A stretch of 64,000 nt of DNA from a bacterium (GTDB lineage: Bacteria > RBG-13-61-14 > DATKZS01). Position 1 is the stretch's first letter, and every line of letters starts with the position of its first letter. The notes below the pieces were generated by a model. It was given only the letters and a program-made list of their open reading frames with translations. It was not told the DNA's origin and made no database searches. The translations under genes were made by a program, and so were the position numbers. Location: NCBI GenBank assembly GCA_963674965.2, contig CAXXFL010000006.1, positions 1,152,001 to 1,216,000 of the forward strand. Direction: 5' to 3'. Of the stretch, positions 10,232 through 24,134 are shown one piece after another.

Positions 10232-12247
10232 CTACTCCATTCGATCGTGGTTATCGATAATGCTTTTGGCCGCGAAGAGCTCGGCCGCTCGGGCCATCTT
10301 GTCGGGGGGGCCGGTGAGGATGGCTATGTCCTCGGCTTGCATGGGATCGAAGGCTCCGGGGTCCTGGATCATCGATTGGCCTCTCCTGATGGCGAGAAGC
10401 GTCACGCCGTGGACCTTCCTCAGGCTCAGGTCGGCGGGGGATTTCCCGGCCGCCTCGCTGCCCGGCTCGATCTTGAGCGCGGCCACCTCCAGGTCCGGAA
10501 TCAGGGCCCGCAGGTCGCATACCGCGGCCTTTTCCCGGGAGGGCGACCTGAACATGCCGTAGCCGCCGGACCGAAGCTCGGAGGTGTACCTCTTGATCTC
10601 GTCGGCCGGCACCAGGTACCTGGCCAGGACCCGCGTGAATATCTCGACCGAGGTCTCGAGCTCGGCGGGGATGACCTCGCTCGCGCCCAGCTCGTAAAGG
10701 GGATCGACCTCGCGGATGTAGGCCGTCCGGGCGATGATAAAGAGCCTGGGGTTCATCTTCCTGGCGATATGGACCACGCGGCGGGTGGCCGCGGGATCGG
10801 GCACGGCCACCACCAGCACCCGGGCCTTCACCACGCGCGCGTGCTCGAGGGTATGCTCCTGGGCGGCGTCCCCGTAGTAGATGGGCGTTCCCCTCTCCCT
10901 CTCGCGGCGCACGGTCGAGGGGTTAAGCTCGATCACGGCGAAGGGTATCCGCGAGGCCTCCGCCGCCCTGGCCAGGTTGCGGCCGTTGGGACCGAAGCCA
11001 ACTATGACCAGGTGGTCCTCCAGCTTAACCTCATCACCCCGCAGCTCGGCCCGGTGGCGGCCGTCACGGAGGAAAGCCGGCATGGGCAGGCGGTTGGCAA
11101 GGTTCGAGACCCGCTCGGAAGAAGAGATGATAAAAGGCGTGGCGATCATGGTCAGGACCGACACGCCCAGGAAAAACTGATAGGCCGGGGCGTCCATCAG
11201 GCCCTGGTCCACGCCGGCCCGGGCCAGGATAAAGGAGAACTCGCCCACCTGCGACACGGCCAGCCCCCCCAGCAGGGCCAGCCGGAAGGGAAGGCCGAGG
11301 ATGGCCGCGCTCGAGCCGGCCAGAAGGGTCTTAAGGAAATGTACCCCCAGGGCCAGGAGCACGATGAGGGCCGGATGGGTGAGGAAGAAGCCAATATCTA
11401 GGAGCATTCCCACCGAGACGAAGAACAGGGAGGTGAACACGTCGCGGAGGGGAAGAACGTCGGCCAGGACCTTAATCTGGTACTCGGACTCGGATATGAT
11501 CAGCCCCGCCAGAAAGGCGCCAAGGGCGAGGGACAGCCCGGCCGCCGAGGTCAGCCAGGCCACGCCCAGCCCGATCGAGACCACGGCCAGCATGAAGAGC
11601 TGGCTGTCCTGAAGCCGGGCCGCCTGATAAAGGACCCGGGGCACGAGCGTCCTGGCCAGGAAAAGAGCGGCCCCCACCACTAATAGGGCCTTGCCCAGGG
11701 TGATGGCGATCCGGGTCCCGTCCGCTCCTCCCTGGCCCGACAGGATGGGGATGAGGAGCATCATGGGAACGACGGCCACGTCCTGGAAGATCAAGGCGCC
11801 CACGATGAAGCCGCCGTGAGGGCTGTCCACCTCGGCCCTCTCCTGTACCAGCTTGAGCACGATGGCCGTCGAGGAAAGGGCCAGGAGACACCCGAAAAAT
11901 ATGGCCTGGTTCCAGGCCCGGCCGGTCAGCATGGTGATGGCCGCGCCCGCCGCCAGGGTGGCCGCCACTTGGAGGCCGCCTCCAATCAGCACCGTGGCCT
12001 TGATGCGCATGAGCCGCGCAAGGGAGAACTCGATCCCGATGGTGAAAAGGAGGAGCACCACGCCGATCTCGGCCAGGACCTCGACCTCGTGCTTGGCCTC
12101 GATGGCGCCCAGGCCGTGGGGACCCGCGATCACGCCCGTCAGCAAAAGCCCCACTACCACCGGCGCCTTCACCCTCCGGCTGACAAGGACAACGGCCAGG
12201 GCGAGCCCGAATATTATCAGCAGGTCTTTGATAAAGGGTATTTCCAT
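10232..12247 (-). CDS. CPA2/Kef-type K+/H+ antiporter with TrkA-N and TrkA-C domains
   Basis: About 12 TM helices, LAEIGVVLLLFTIGIEFS, SQVGEFSFIL, HLVIVGFGPNG, YYGDA. Confidence 0.9.
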   Translation of the reverse strand: MEIPFIKDLLIIFGLALAVVLVSRRVKAPVVVGLLLTGVIAGPHGLGAIEAKHEVEVLAEIGVVLLLFTIGIEFSLARLMRIKATVLIGGGLQVAATLAAGAAITMLTGRAWNQAIFFGCLLALSSTAIVLKLVQERAEVDSPHGGFIVGALIFQDVAVVPMMLLIPILSGQGGADGTRIAITLGKALLVVGAALFLARTLVPRVLYQAARLQDSQLFMLAVVSIGLGVAWLTSAAGLSLALGAFLAGLIISESEYQIKVLADVLPLRDVFTSLFFVSVGMLLDIGFFLTHPALIVLLALGVHFLKTLLAGSSAAILGLPFRLALLGGLAVSQVGEFSFILARAGVDQGLMDAPAYQFFLGVSVLTMIATPFIISSSERVSNLANRLPMPAFLRDGRHRAELRGDEVKLEDHLVIVGFGPNGRNLARAAEASRIPFAVIELNPSTVRRERERGTPIYYGDAAQEHTLEHARVVKARVLVVAVPDPAATRRVVHIARKMNPRLFIIARTAYIREVDPLYELGASEVIPAELETSVEIFTRVLARYLVPADEIKRYTSELRSGGYGMFRSPSREKAAVCDLRALIPDLEVAALKIEPGSEAAGKSPADLSLRKVHGVTLLAIRRGQSMIQDPGAFDPMQAEDIAILTGPPDKMARAAELFAAKSIIDNHDRME

Positions 12248-12457
12248 TAATAAACCTGTCCGCCCAACAACAAAAAAGACTTCCCCACCGCCAAATCTAT
12301 CGCGGCGGCGCGAGATATGTCAAGACCCGGGCGAAAGAGCCGGATTCCCATTTTACACGCTGAAAGAATAAACTTGAAACCTCCATTGCATTTCTTTAAT
12401 CTAACCGGTTAGAATCAAGCGTTAGCCTTTTTCAAAAACGCGTCCCTAAAGAGGAAA

Positions 12458-13627
12458 ATGAGGTACCAAGGTATGAATTGCCCTTCCCTGTCTCGAGCCA
12501 TGGACTTGCCGATGTTTTTAATTCTCGCCCTTCTCGCTTTTGCCCCCTCGGCGAGCGCGGAGGATGACCGGCTTCACTTCAAGCCGGAACTCTTCGAGAT
12601 GCTAAAGGACGAATGGGGCTGCGGGGAGCAGTGCAGGGAAATCATTACCTCCCATTGTAGCTACCCGGACTTCAAAGCCGACGAAGAACTGACCGACGCG
12701 TGTTATTTGAAATCCTTCCTATCGGAAAAATCGTGGAACACCAGGTGGATTATCAAATCGGATTGGATCGCGGAGGATAAAATCCTGACGCCTGAAATTG
12801 GGAAATTTTCAAAACTTTGCACAAGTTTCGTTATGGACGATTATAAAGTTTATGTTGTCGAAAGCTTCAGCATTATTTCGGTAGTAGTCATTGAACGCCA
12901 ATCAAAAGCATTACAAGTCAAAGAAAAGGACGTCTCCGAAATCGCTAAAAAGCTATTTGTAGATAAATTCAGATATACTTATTTAGCAGGAAATAAATAC
13001 AATGATTACTATGTTCCTGTAACTTTCGATTTTGTGCAGACGGGAGAGAAAGCCGCTATAAGATATGGATATCAACGCGCATACGCTGAAAAAATAAACA
13101 AAGAGCGAAGGGGAATCGAGGTTAAATGGAAGAGTACATGGTATAATGACATGCTATGGTGGGCGGATAAAAATAAAATCGGCTTTATGGCCACCAGCTT
13201 AGATGACACAATTTCCAGGAATTCAGATACATATATATGCAAAGATTGTGAAGGAGATAATGGTAGGTGGTTTTATAGTTATAAATATAAGTGGTCTAAA
13301 AATATTAATAAGGCGCCAGAATTAGTCGATTGCCTAAAAGAAAAAGGAGAAGGAACGGATGAGGCCAGGCGGGAAGGGCCGGCCCTTAAAGGGCCGGATA
13401 TGGTTACCGAAAAAGCCGGCGATAAAGCCGCCAGGCCGGCGGACGCGACCGATGACCCTATGCCAAAGGGCGGCCCGAACGCGCGGCCCTCGGAAGAGAC
13501 GACCCCCGAGGCGGAGGGCGGAGGAGATATCGGCCCTTCCAGCGCCTGGATTGCCGCTATAGCGGCATTGGCCGCCGCGATTCTATTACTTGTGTTCTTC
13601 CCGCGAGCGCGGGGCGGGCGGGTTTAA
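12458..13627 (+). CDS. Hypothetical exported protein with C-terminal membrane anchor
   Basis: Signal-peptide-like N-terminus (..LLAFAPSASA), AT-rich core, Pro/Ala/Glu linker, C-terminal TM plus basic tail. Confidence 0.6.
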   Translation: MRYQGMNCPSLSRAMDLPMFLILALLAFAPSASAEDDRLHFKPELFEMLKDEWGCGEQCREIITSHCSYPDFKADEELTDACYLKSFLSEKSWNTRWIIKSDWIAEDKILTPEIGKFSKLCTSFVMDDYKVYVVESFSIISVVVIERQSKALQVKEKDVSEIAKKLFVDKFRYTYLAGNKYNDYYVPVTFDFVQTGEKAAIRYGYQRAYAEKINKERRGIEVKWKSTWYNDMLWWADKNKIGFMATSLDDTISRNSDTYICKDCEGDNGRWFYSYKYKWSKNINKAPELVDCLKEKGEGTDEARREGPALKGPDMVTEKAGDKAARPADATDDPMPKGGPNARPSEETTPEAEGGGDIGPSSAWIAAIAALAAAILLLVFFPRARGGRV

Positions 13628-13649
13628 CCCGCGCCTCGTATAGGTTCAG

Positions 13650-18019
<4,370 letters not shown>

Positions 18020-18027
<8 letters not shown>

Positions 18028-18751
18028 CGAACTTGCCGGATAAAAGAGCGTTCCTGGCGGCTTCCTGCTCGGCCTCCTTTTTGCTCTTTCCCTTGCCCAG
18101 GCCGCAGGTTATGCCCTCGACTTTCACCTCGACCTCGAAGGTCTTCATGTGGTCCGGGCCCTGCTCCTCGATGACGCGATAAACGGGAGTGCTTTTATAA
18201 AGGGCCTGGACCCTCTCCTGGAAGGGCGTCTTATAATCGCCCAACAGATCGATGGGAGGAAGGGAATCGAGCAGGGGCTGGAAAAGACGCTCGATGACCT
18301 TGAAGGTCTCGTCGAACCCTCCGTCCAGGTAGATGGCGCCCATAAGCGACTCGAAGGCGTCCTCCAAGATCGAGGTCTTGTCCGCGCCGCCGGTCAGCTT
18401 CTCGCCCTTGCCCAGTCTTAAAGCGTTGCCCAGTCCGAGGTCCCTGGCCAGGTCCGCCAACCTGTCGCAGTTGACGAGCCCAGCCCGAATCCTCGAAAGC
18501 TCTCCCTCCGCCGCGCCGCTGAAACGGAGCATGAGCATATGGGAAACCACCAGCCCGAGGACCGCGTCTCCCAGGAACTCGAGCCGCTCGTAATGGATTT
18601 TTATCATCTCCCTCCCGTCGTCGAGCAGCGACTGGGTGACCTCGTGGGCGAATGACGAGTGCGTCATGGCCCTCTCGAACAGCGCCCCGTTTTTAAAGCG
18701 ATACCCGATCTTGTCCTGGATGACCTCCAGGGACTCGGTATTGTTTCCCAT
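18020..18751 (-). CDS. rnc: Ribonuclease III, C-terminal part of the 698-aa ORF with its own internal RBS and ATG
   Basis: AMTHSS, signature ERLEFLGDAVL, DAFESLMGAIYLDGG, dsRBD (GPDHMKTF..GKSKKEAEQEAA); GGAGA 7 nt before ATG 18751. Confidence 0.92.
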
Positions 18752-20116
18752 CCAATTGTCTCCATTCTCCGTGATATTGTATCCAACGCCCGACCGTATC
18801 TGTATCCGGCCGTTCGGCTCGATCTTGTCGCCCCAAAGGGCCGCGCCGTCATGGGAATATATTTCTACTCGATAAATATTGCCTACCATGTCCGCGCCGC
18901 CATTGCATCCGACCCTTAAGTAATTATCGCTCGTCCCGAATATTTTACCGTCCATCTCCGTTTCCCCGAGCGTCTCCAACTCGAAACCAACCTGTTCCTC
19001 CAGGAAAGCGGCCCTCTTCTTTTTGCCCAGCTTCCTGAGCTCGGCGGCGCGGGCCTTGATGGTCTCCGGGTCCAGATGGCCGGGCATGGCGTCGGCCGCC
19101 GTGCCGGTACGCCTGGAATAAGGAAATACGTGAAGATAGGTCACGGGAAGCTCGGTAATAAAATCAAGGCAGTTGGAATGCTCCCTTTCCGTCTCGCCGG
19201 GAAAGCCGGCTATCACGTCCATGCCAAGGCCGGCCCGGGGCATGGCCTCCTTAAGACGCCAGACGGCCCGCCTCACCGCGTCCACCTTATAGGGCCTGCC
19301 CATGCGGGTGAGGACCTCGTCGTCTCCGCTTTGCAGGGGAACGTGGAAATGAGAGCAGAACAATCCTGAATCGGCCGCGGCCTCGATCAGGTCATCGGTC
19401 AACTCCTGCGGCTCGATGGAGGACAGCCTGATCCTGGCGGGCATATCCCGGCTCCCGGCCAGCAGCTTGAGAAGGTCCGAGAGCTTTTTGCCCCATTCCT
19501 TGCCGTAAAGCCCAATATGCACGCCCGTGAGCACGGCCTCGCGAAACCCGGCCCGGGCCACGCCCCGGAGTTGGCGGACCACCTCGGCCATGGGCACGCT
19601 TCGGCTCGGTCCCCTCGCCACGGTGACGATGCAATAGGCGCAGTTGAAATCGCAGCCGTCCTGGATTTTCACCAGGGCCCTGCCCTTTCCCTTTTGCAGC
19701 CCGCCCTCGGGATGATAGAAAACGGGGGACCGGGGAAGGACTTTCCCCGTCAGTAGCTCGATCACCCTCTCCCGCTGGGAGGGCCCGACCGCCGCGTCGG
19801 CCCCCGCCTCGAGGAGCGCCGGGGCGGAAACCTCGGCCAGGCAGCCGGCGGCGATGATCTTCGCGGCGGGGCCGACCCTCCTGGCCCGCCTGATCATCTG
19901 CAGGCACTGCATCTCCCCCCGCCTGGTCACGGCGCAGGTGTTGACCACGTAGGCGGCCGCCTCGACTTCCTCGTCAACCGCTCCTCCCATGTCCACCGCC
20001 AGGAAAGAATCGGCCGGGACCATGGCCATCATGGCCGCGGTGTCGTAGCGGTTGGCCTTGCATCCCAGCGTGATAAAGGCCGCTATCGGGAGTCGCCTCG
20101 AGCCTTCGCTTCCCAT
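18020..20116 (-). CDS. mtaB: tRNA threonylcarbamoyladenosine methylthiotransferase MtaB, in frame with RNase III
   Basis: TLGCKANRYDT, VNTCAVT, AAGCLA, KIQDGCDFNCAYC (CxxxCxxC), RIRLSSIEP, HVFPYSRRTGT; no stop before the RNase III sequence. Confidence 0.88.
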
Positions 20117-20124
20117 GCTCTCGA

Positions 20125-21252
20125 TTACCCTCTTTCCCCTGGGACGGGTCGCCCGATGGACCCGCCTCCCAGCGCCTCGTCGCCGCGATAGATCACCGCC
20201 GTCTGGCCCGGAGTGATCGCCCGCTGGGGCTCGTCGAATATTATTTCCACTTCGTCCTCGCCGATAAGGCTGACCCTGGCGGCCGCGAGGGGCGCCCGGT
20301 AACGGATTTTCACCGCCACCTTTTCTTCTTCTCCGGGTGGGGAAGAAAGCCAGTTCATCTCCTGGACAACCGCCCTCTTATGGAACAGGTCTTCCCATTT
20401 TCCCACCACCACCCGACGCGCCTCGGGGTCGATGTCCACCACGTAGGAAGGATCGGGACCGGGAAGGGAGAGCCCTTTCCGCTGCCCTATGGTAAAGCCA
20501 TGCACGCCCATATGCGACCCGACCGACTTCCCCTCCAGGTCCACTATGTCTCCGGGAGGGGGGACCGAGCGGCCGAGCGCCTTCTCCACTATCTCCATGT
20601 ACCCGTCCTTGATAAAGCAGACGTCCTGGCTCTCCTCCTTGTCCGAGACGAATAACCCGGCCTCCCGGCAGGCGTCCCTTACCCGGTCTTTCTCGAACCA
20701 GCCCGCGGGCAAAGCCGCCCGGGCCAGTTGCTCGGGCCTTAGCCGGCTGAGGAAATAGGACTGGTCCTTTTTGCCGTCCAGCCCCCGGAGAAGGCGGGGT
20801 CTTCCCGCCGAGTCCCTTGTAACTCTCGCGTAATGCCCGGTGGCGACAAGGTCGGCCCCAATCCTTTGCGCCGTCTCTATCAGGGTCTTCCACTTTACCA
20901 TGGGGTTGCACGTGACGCAGGGGTTGGGCGTAAGACCCTGGGCGTATTTTTGGGCAAAGGGAGTGACAACTTCTCGATACAGCCTCTCCTCGATGGGCAC
21001 GGCCGTGAACTCGATCCCCAGGCATTTGGCCACCCGCTCTGCGTCCACGCGGTCCCGGTCCGGGGATTTTCCTTTGCCCGGCTTAAGTTCTCCCAGGTCG
21101 AAATGCACCGCCGCCAGGGGTACTCCGGTCCGTTTTATGGCCAGGGCCGCGAAGGCGCTGTCCACACCCCCGCTCAGGGCGACCAGGGCTTTGCGCGGCT
21201 TTTTGCCCTCGAGCCAGGGAGGGGACGGACCTATTTCATCGAGAATTCCCAT
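20125..21252 (-). CDS. mnmA: tRNA 2-thiouridylase MnmA
   Basis: ALSGGVDSA, TPNPCVTCN, ATGHYA, KDQSYFL, ESQDVCF, FTIGQRKGL, AITPGQ; start moved to ATG 21252. Confidence 0.93.
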   Translation of the reverse strand: MGILDEIGPSPPWLEGKKPRKALVALSGGVDSAFAALAIKRTGVPLAAVHFDLGELKPGKGKSPDRDRVDAERVAKCLGIEFTAVPIEERLYREVVTPFAQKYAQGLTPNPCVTCNPMVKWKTLIETAQRIGADLVATGHYARVTRDSAGRPRLLRGLDGKKDQSYFLSRLRPEQLARAALPAGWFEKDRVRDACREAGLFVSDKEESQDVCFIKDGYMEIVEKALGRSVPPPGDIVDLEGKSVGSHMGVHGFTIGQRKGLSLPGPDPSYVVDIDPEARRVVVGKWEDLFHKRAVVQEMNWLSSPPGEEEKVAVKIRYRAPLAAARVSLIGEDEVEIIFDEPQRAITPGQTAVIYRGDEALGGGSIGRPVPGERG

Positions 21253-21524
21253 GACCTCACGGGTGTTATTATGTCCCATCTTTACCGGGATTAGAAGCCC
21301 GGCCGGGGTTGCACGGATGCATATCCGCTCGCCGGGTCGGGCGTCACCGTAGAGTCCGGGTCGGATACCATGGCCTGACATTTTCGACAAAATGTAATTT
21401 TTTTCTATACATGAGAGTAAATTTGTGATAAATTGATAAGACCGAAATTCTGTCACCTCGGTATATCATGCCGGGGTTGCCTTGGAAGCTGCGTTGGAAT
21501 ATGCGCGTAAAGGAGTGCAAGCGG

Positions 21525-22532
21525 GTGGAAAACACGGGTGAAAAGACGGACGAGGTAAAAAAACACGTTCCCCGGAACAGGCTGCTCAAGGCCCCCATCC
21601 GGGTGAGGACCGAAGAAGGCGACCATGACGAGGAGTTCACCGAGTACATGATGGAGGTGGACAAGGACCGCATTTACATCCAGACGGATAATCCCTATAA
21701 AGAGGGCACGGTCCTGCATCTGGGTCTCGACCTTCCCGGGATCAACCGTACCATACACTTCAAGGGCGAGGTGGTAAGGATCAACCCCCACAAGCCCAAA
21801 ACGCCCGAGGACTTAGAGCCCGGCATGGGCATAGTCTTCGAGCGGGTCAGTTTCGACAACCGCAAGCTTATCGCCGACTACCTCGAGAAAATCCAGTCTG
21901 AGGACCGCTCGGAGGATTACTCGGTATTCCTTTCCTGGGTCTCGAAGATCAGCCGTCCCATGTCGCCCAAGGAAAAGGAGAAGATCAAAAAGGACCTCCT
22001 CAAGGTCCTCTATGGCGCCAACAAGGAACCCATCCCGGAGAAGCAAAAGAAAAAGACCCCCGAGGAACTGGAGATCATCGCCAGAATTCCCCTCTTCGAG
22101 GAACTTGACGAGATCGAGATCGAGGAGATGGCCCGCATAATGGCCAAGGAAAAATACCGCGCCGGCGACGGGATTTTCGACGAGGGCGACGTGGGCGACA
22201 AGATGTACCTCATCCTGAAGGGAGCGGTGGACATCATCAAGGACACGGGCAAGGGGCCGGGACAGATACTGGTCACCCTCAAGGCCGGAGACTACTTCGG
22301 CGAGATGTCCCTTATCGACGACGCGCCAAGGTCGGCCTCGGCCATGGCCGGGGAGGAAACCATCCTCCTCAGCATCAACAAGAAGCACCTCAACCTGCTC
22401 CTGGACAACTCGCCCACCATCGCCGCCAAAATCTACAAGTTCTTCGTCGCCGTTCTGAACGACAGGCTCAGGGAAACCAACGATAAAATCAGAAGCTTCG
22501 TCAGCATGGCCCAGGAGATGAGCCAGGCTTAA
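21525..22532 (+). CDS. PilZ-like domain plus cyclic-nucleotide-binding domain protein
   Basis: PilZ-like beta region (FKGEVVRIN..PGMGIVFE) and cNMP cassette GDYFGEMSLIDDAPRSASA; GTG 21525 after AGGAG (track start 21468). Confidence 0.8.
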   Translation: MENTGEKTDEVKKHVPRNRLLKAPIRVRTEEGDHDEEFTEYMMEVDKDRIYIQTDNPYKEGTVLHLGLDLPGINRTIHFKGEVVRINPHKPKTPEDLEPGMGIVFERVSFDNRKLIADYLEKIQSEDRSEDYSVFLSWVSKISRPMSPKEKEKIKKDLLKVLYGANKEPIPEKQKKKTPEELEIIARIPLFEELDEIEIEEMARIMAKEKYRAGDGIFDEGDVGDKMYLILKGAVDIIKDTGKGPGQILVTLKAGDYFGEMSLIDDAPRSASAMAGEETILLSINKKHLNLLLDNSPTIAAKIYKFFVAVLNDRLRETNDKIRSFVSMAQEMSQA

Positions 22533-22543
22533 TCCGCCAACGC

Positions 22544-22584
22544 CCCCGGCGCCCGCGGACCAGCACCCGGCGCCGGGGATTTTT
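22544..22584 (+). terminator. Intrinsic terminator after the PilZ-cNMP gene
   Basis: CCCCGGCGCC (22544-22553) pairs with GGCGCCGGGG (22569-22578), followed by ATTTTT. Confidence 0.65.
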
Positions 22585-22653
22585 ATGCCCTGTCATTTTC
22601 CAGGAAGCTTAAAGAGGCTGGAGATATTCTGAGAAAGTATTAATTATGGAAAA

Positions 22654-22684
22654 TTGACATCCCAGGGGGGGGGGGGGGTAGTAT
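22654..22684 (+). promoter_or_regulatory. Putative sigma70 promoter with a G14 homopolymer in the spacer (phase-variation candidate)
   Basis: TTGACA 22654-22659, TCCCA plus G14 (22665-22678), TAGTAT 22679-22684; spacer is 19 nt. Confidence 0.65.
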
Positions 22685-22750
22685 TGTAATTTACAGCATG
22701 GTAACATATGGATGAATTGTCTACAAATCTCGGAGAAGGGGGATTAAGTC

Positions 22751-24064
22751 ATGAGGGCTAAGATTGGAATGGCGTTGGTTGGAGTTTTGGTTATGGCCGT
22801 GGTGGTGGGGATTGCCTGGGCGCAGTCCGCTCCGCAGCTTATCAATTACCAGGGGCGGCTCACGAACGCGGCGGGGCAGCCGCTTGCGGACGGTACTACC
22901 GTTGATCTGACATTCGCTTTCTATGGAGTTGAAACGGGCGGGACCGCGTACCTCACGGTTTTCCAGGAGGACGTGGTGGTCAATGGCGGTATTTACAACG
23001 TGCTCATCGGCTCCGGTACGGTCACGCCCGGTTCCGAGCCCAACCTGGGCGCTGTCTTCCAGAACCACCAGGACGTGTGGATGGGGGTCGAGGTTGAAAG
23101 CGATGGCGAGATGTCGCCCCGGTCCAGGATCGCCAGCGTGCCTTATGCCTTGAAGGTAGAAGGAGGCTGGCTTACGGCCTTTTACAATAAGAGCGATTAC
23201 GACGGGGACGGTTACTCAAAGGTCGTTGACGGGGCCACGGCCACCACGGATTGCAACGATGTCGACGCCTCCATAAACCCCGGCGCGGCCGAAGTCTGTG
23301 ACGACGGTTTCGATAATGACTGCGACGGCAAGATCGACGGTGATGACCCTGACTGCCAGGGAGGAAGCACTGTCGGCCCAATGGCCCTTATCCCCTCCGG
23401 CTGTTTCAACATGGGCGACGCGTTCAGCGAGGGAAGCAGCGATGAACTTCCGGTGCATAACGTTTGCATCACCTCGGACTTCTACATGGACGTTCATGAG
23501 GTGACCAACTCGGAGTACGCGGCTTGCGTGAGCGGAGGGGGATGCACGGCGCCCGGCTATTCTTCAAGTTATTCTCGCGGCTCTTATTACGGTAATCCGA
23601 CCTATGACAATTTTCCTGTTATCTGGGTTGACTGGAATCAGGCCACGGCCTATTGCGCCTGGGCGGGCAAGAGACTGCCCACCGAGGCCGAGTGGGAGTA
23701 CGCTGCCCGTGGCGGCCTGTCCGGCAAACGCTATCCCTGGGGAGATACAGCTACAGCATGTGTTGACGCAAATTACGATTGGTGTATTGGAGATACCAGC
23801 GAGGTTGAAAGCTATCCTGCTAATGGTTACGGTCTTTATGATGTGGGGGGTAATGTTTATGAATGGGTCAACGACTGGTATCAGAGCGATTACTACAGTA
23901 CAAGTCCCACCAACGATCCTCCCGGTCCCGCGTCAGGTACGTCTCGCGTTTTGCGCGGCGGCTATTGGTTCGGCGCTACGCACGACCTGCGCGTGGCGAA
24001 CCGGGCCGGCACTACGCCTACTCTCCGGAGCTACGACATTGGCTTCCGTTGTGCTGGGGACTGA
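22751..24064 (+). CDS. Secreted protein with FGE-sulfatase/C-type-lectin-fold C-terminal domain; probable DGR target
   Basis: Signal peptide; QLINYQGRL..SVPYA N-terminal module; Cys/Asp-rich motif DCNDVDASINPGAAEVCDDGFDNDCDG; FGE motifs RLPTEAEWEYAARGG, NGYGLYDVGGNVYEWVND, RVLRGG..IGFRC. Confidence 0.88.
   Translation: MRAKIGMALVGVLVMAVVVGIAWAQSAPQLINYQGRLTNAAGQPLADGTTVDLTFAFYGVETGGTAYLTVFQEDVVVNGGIYNVLIGSGTVTPGSEPNLGAVFQNHQDVWMGVEVESDGEMSPRSRIASVPYALKVEGGWLTAFYNKSDYDGDGYSKVVDGATATTDCNDVDASINPGAAEVCDDGFDNDCDGKIDGDDPDCQGGSTVGPMALIPSGCFNMGDAFSEGSSDELPVHNVCITSDFYMDVHEVTNSEYAACVSGGGCTAPGYSSSYSRGSYYGNPTYDNFPVIWVDWNQATAYCAWAGKRLPTEAEWEYAARGGLSGKRYPWGDTATACVDANYDWCIGDTSEVESYPANGYGLYDVGGNVYEWVNDWYQSDYYSTSPTNDPPGPASGTSRVLRGGYWFGATHDLRVANRAGTTPTLRSYDIGFRCAGD
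23945..24056 (+). other. Candidate DGR variable region (VR) with 3' IMH end
   Basis: Within the RVLRGG..W....LRVA.R....P..R...IGFRC scaffold, non-scaffold codons are mostly NNC/NNT (tat, ttc, ggc, gct, cac, gac, gcc, ggc, act, ctc, agc, tac, gac), as expected from mutagenised AAY template codons. Confidence 0.7.
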
Positions 24065-24094
24065 TTACTCTTTTGTCCTTTTTAACTCTTACAC

Positions 24095-24122
24095 TTTAAT
24101 GGGGGCGTAAGCCCCCATTAAA
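24095..24122 (+). other. DGR-type target-recognition hairpin/cruciform
   Basis: Perfect 12-bp stem TTTAATGGGGGC / GCCCCCATTAAA with GTAA loop, 30 nt after the target stop, preceded by degenerate TACTCTT-like repeats. Confidence 0.75.
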
Positions 24123-24134
24123 AAATTTTTAAAA

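Noticed and set aside
24095-24130. Hairpin read as a simple intrinsic terminator
   Set aside because: It is followed by an A-run rather than a U-run on the coding strand, and its position between a VR-like end and an avd-like gene fits a DGR hairpin better; a terminator role is not fully excluded
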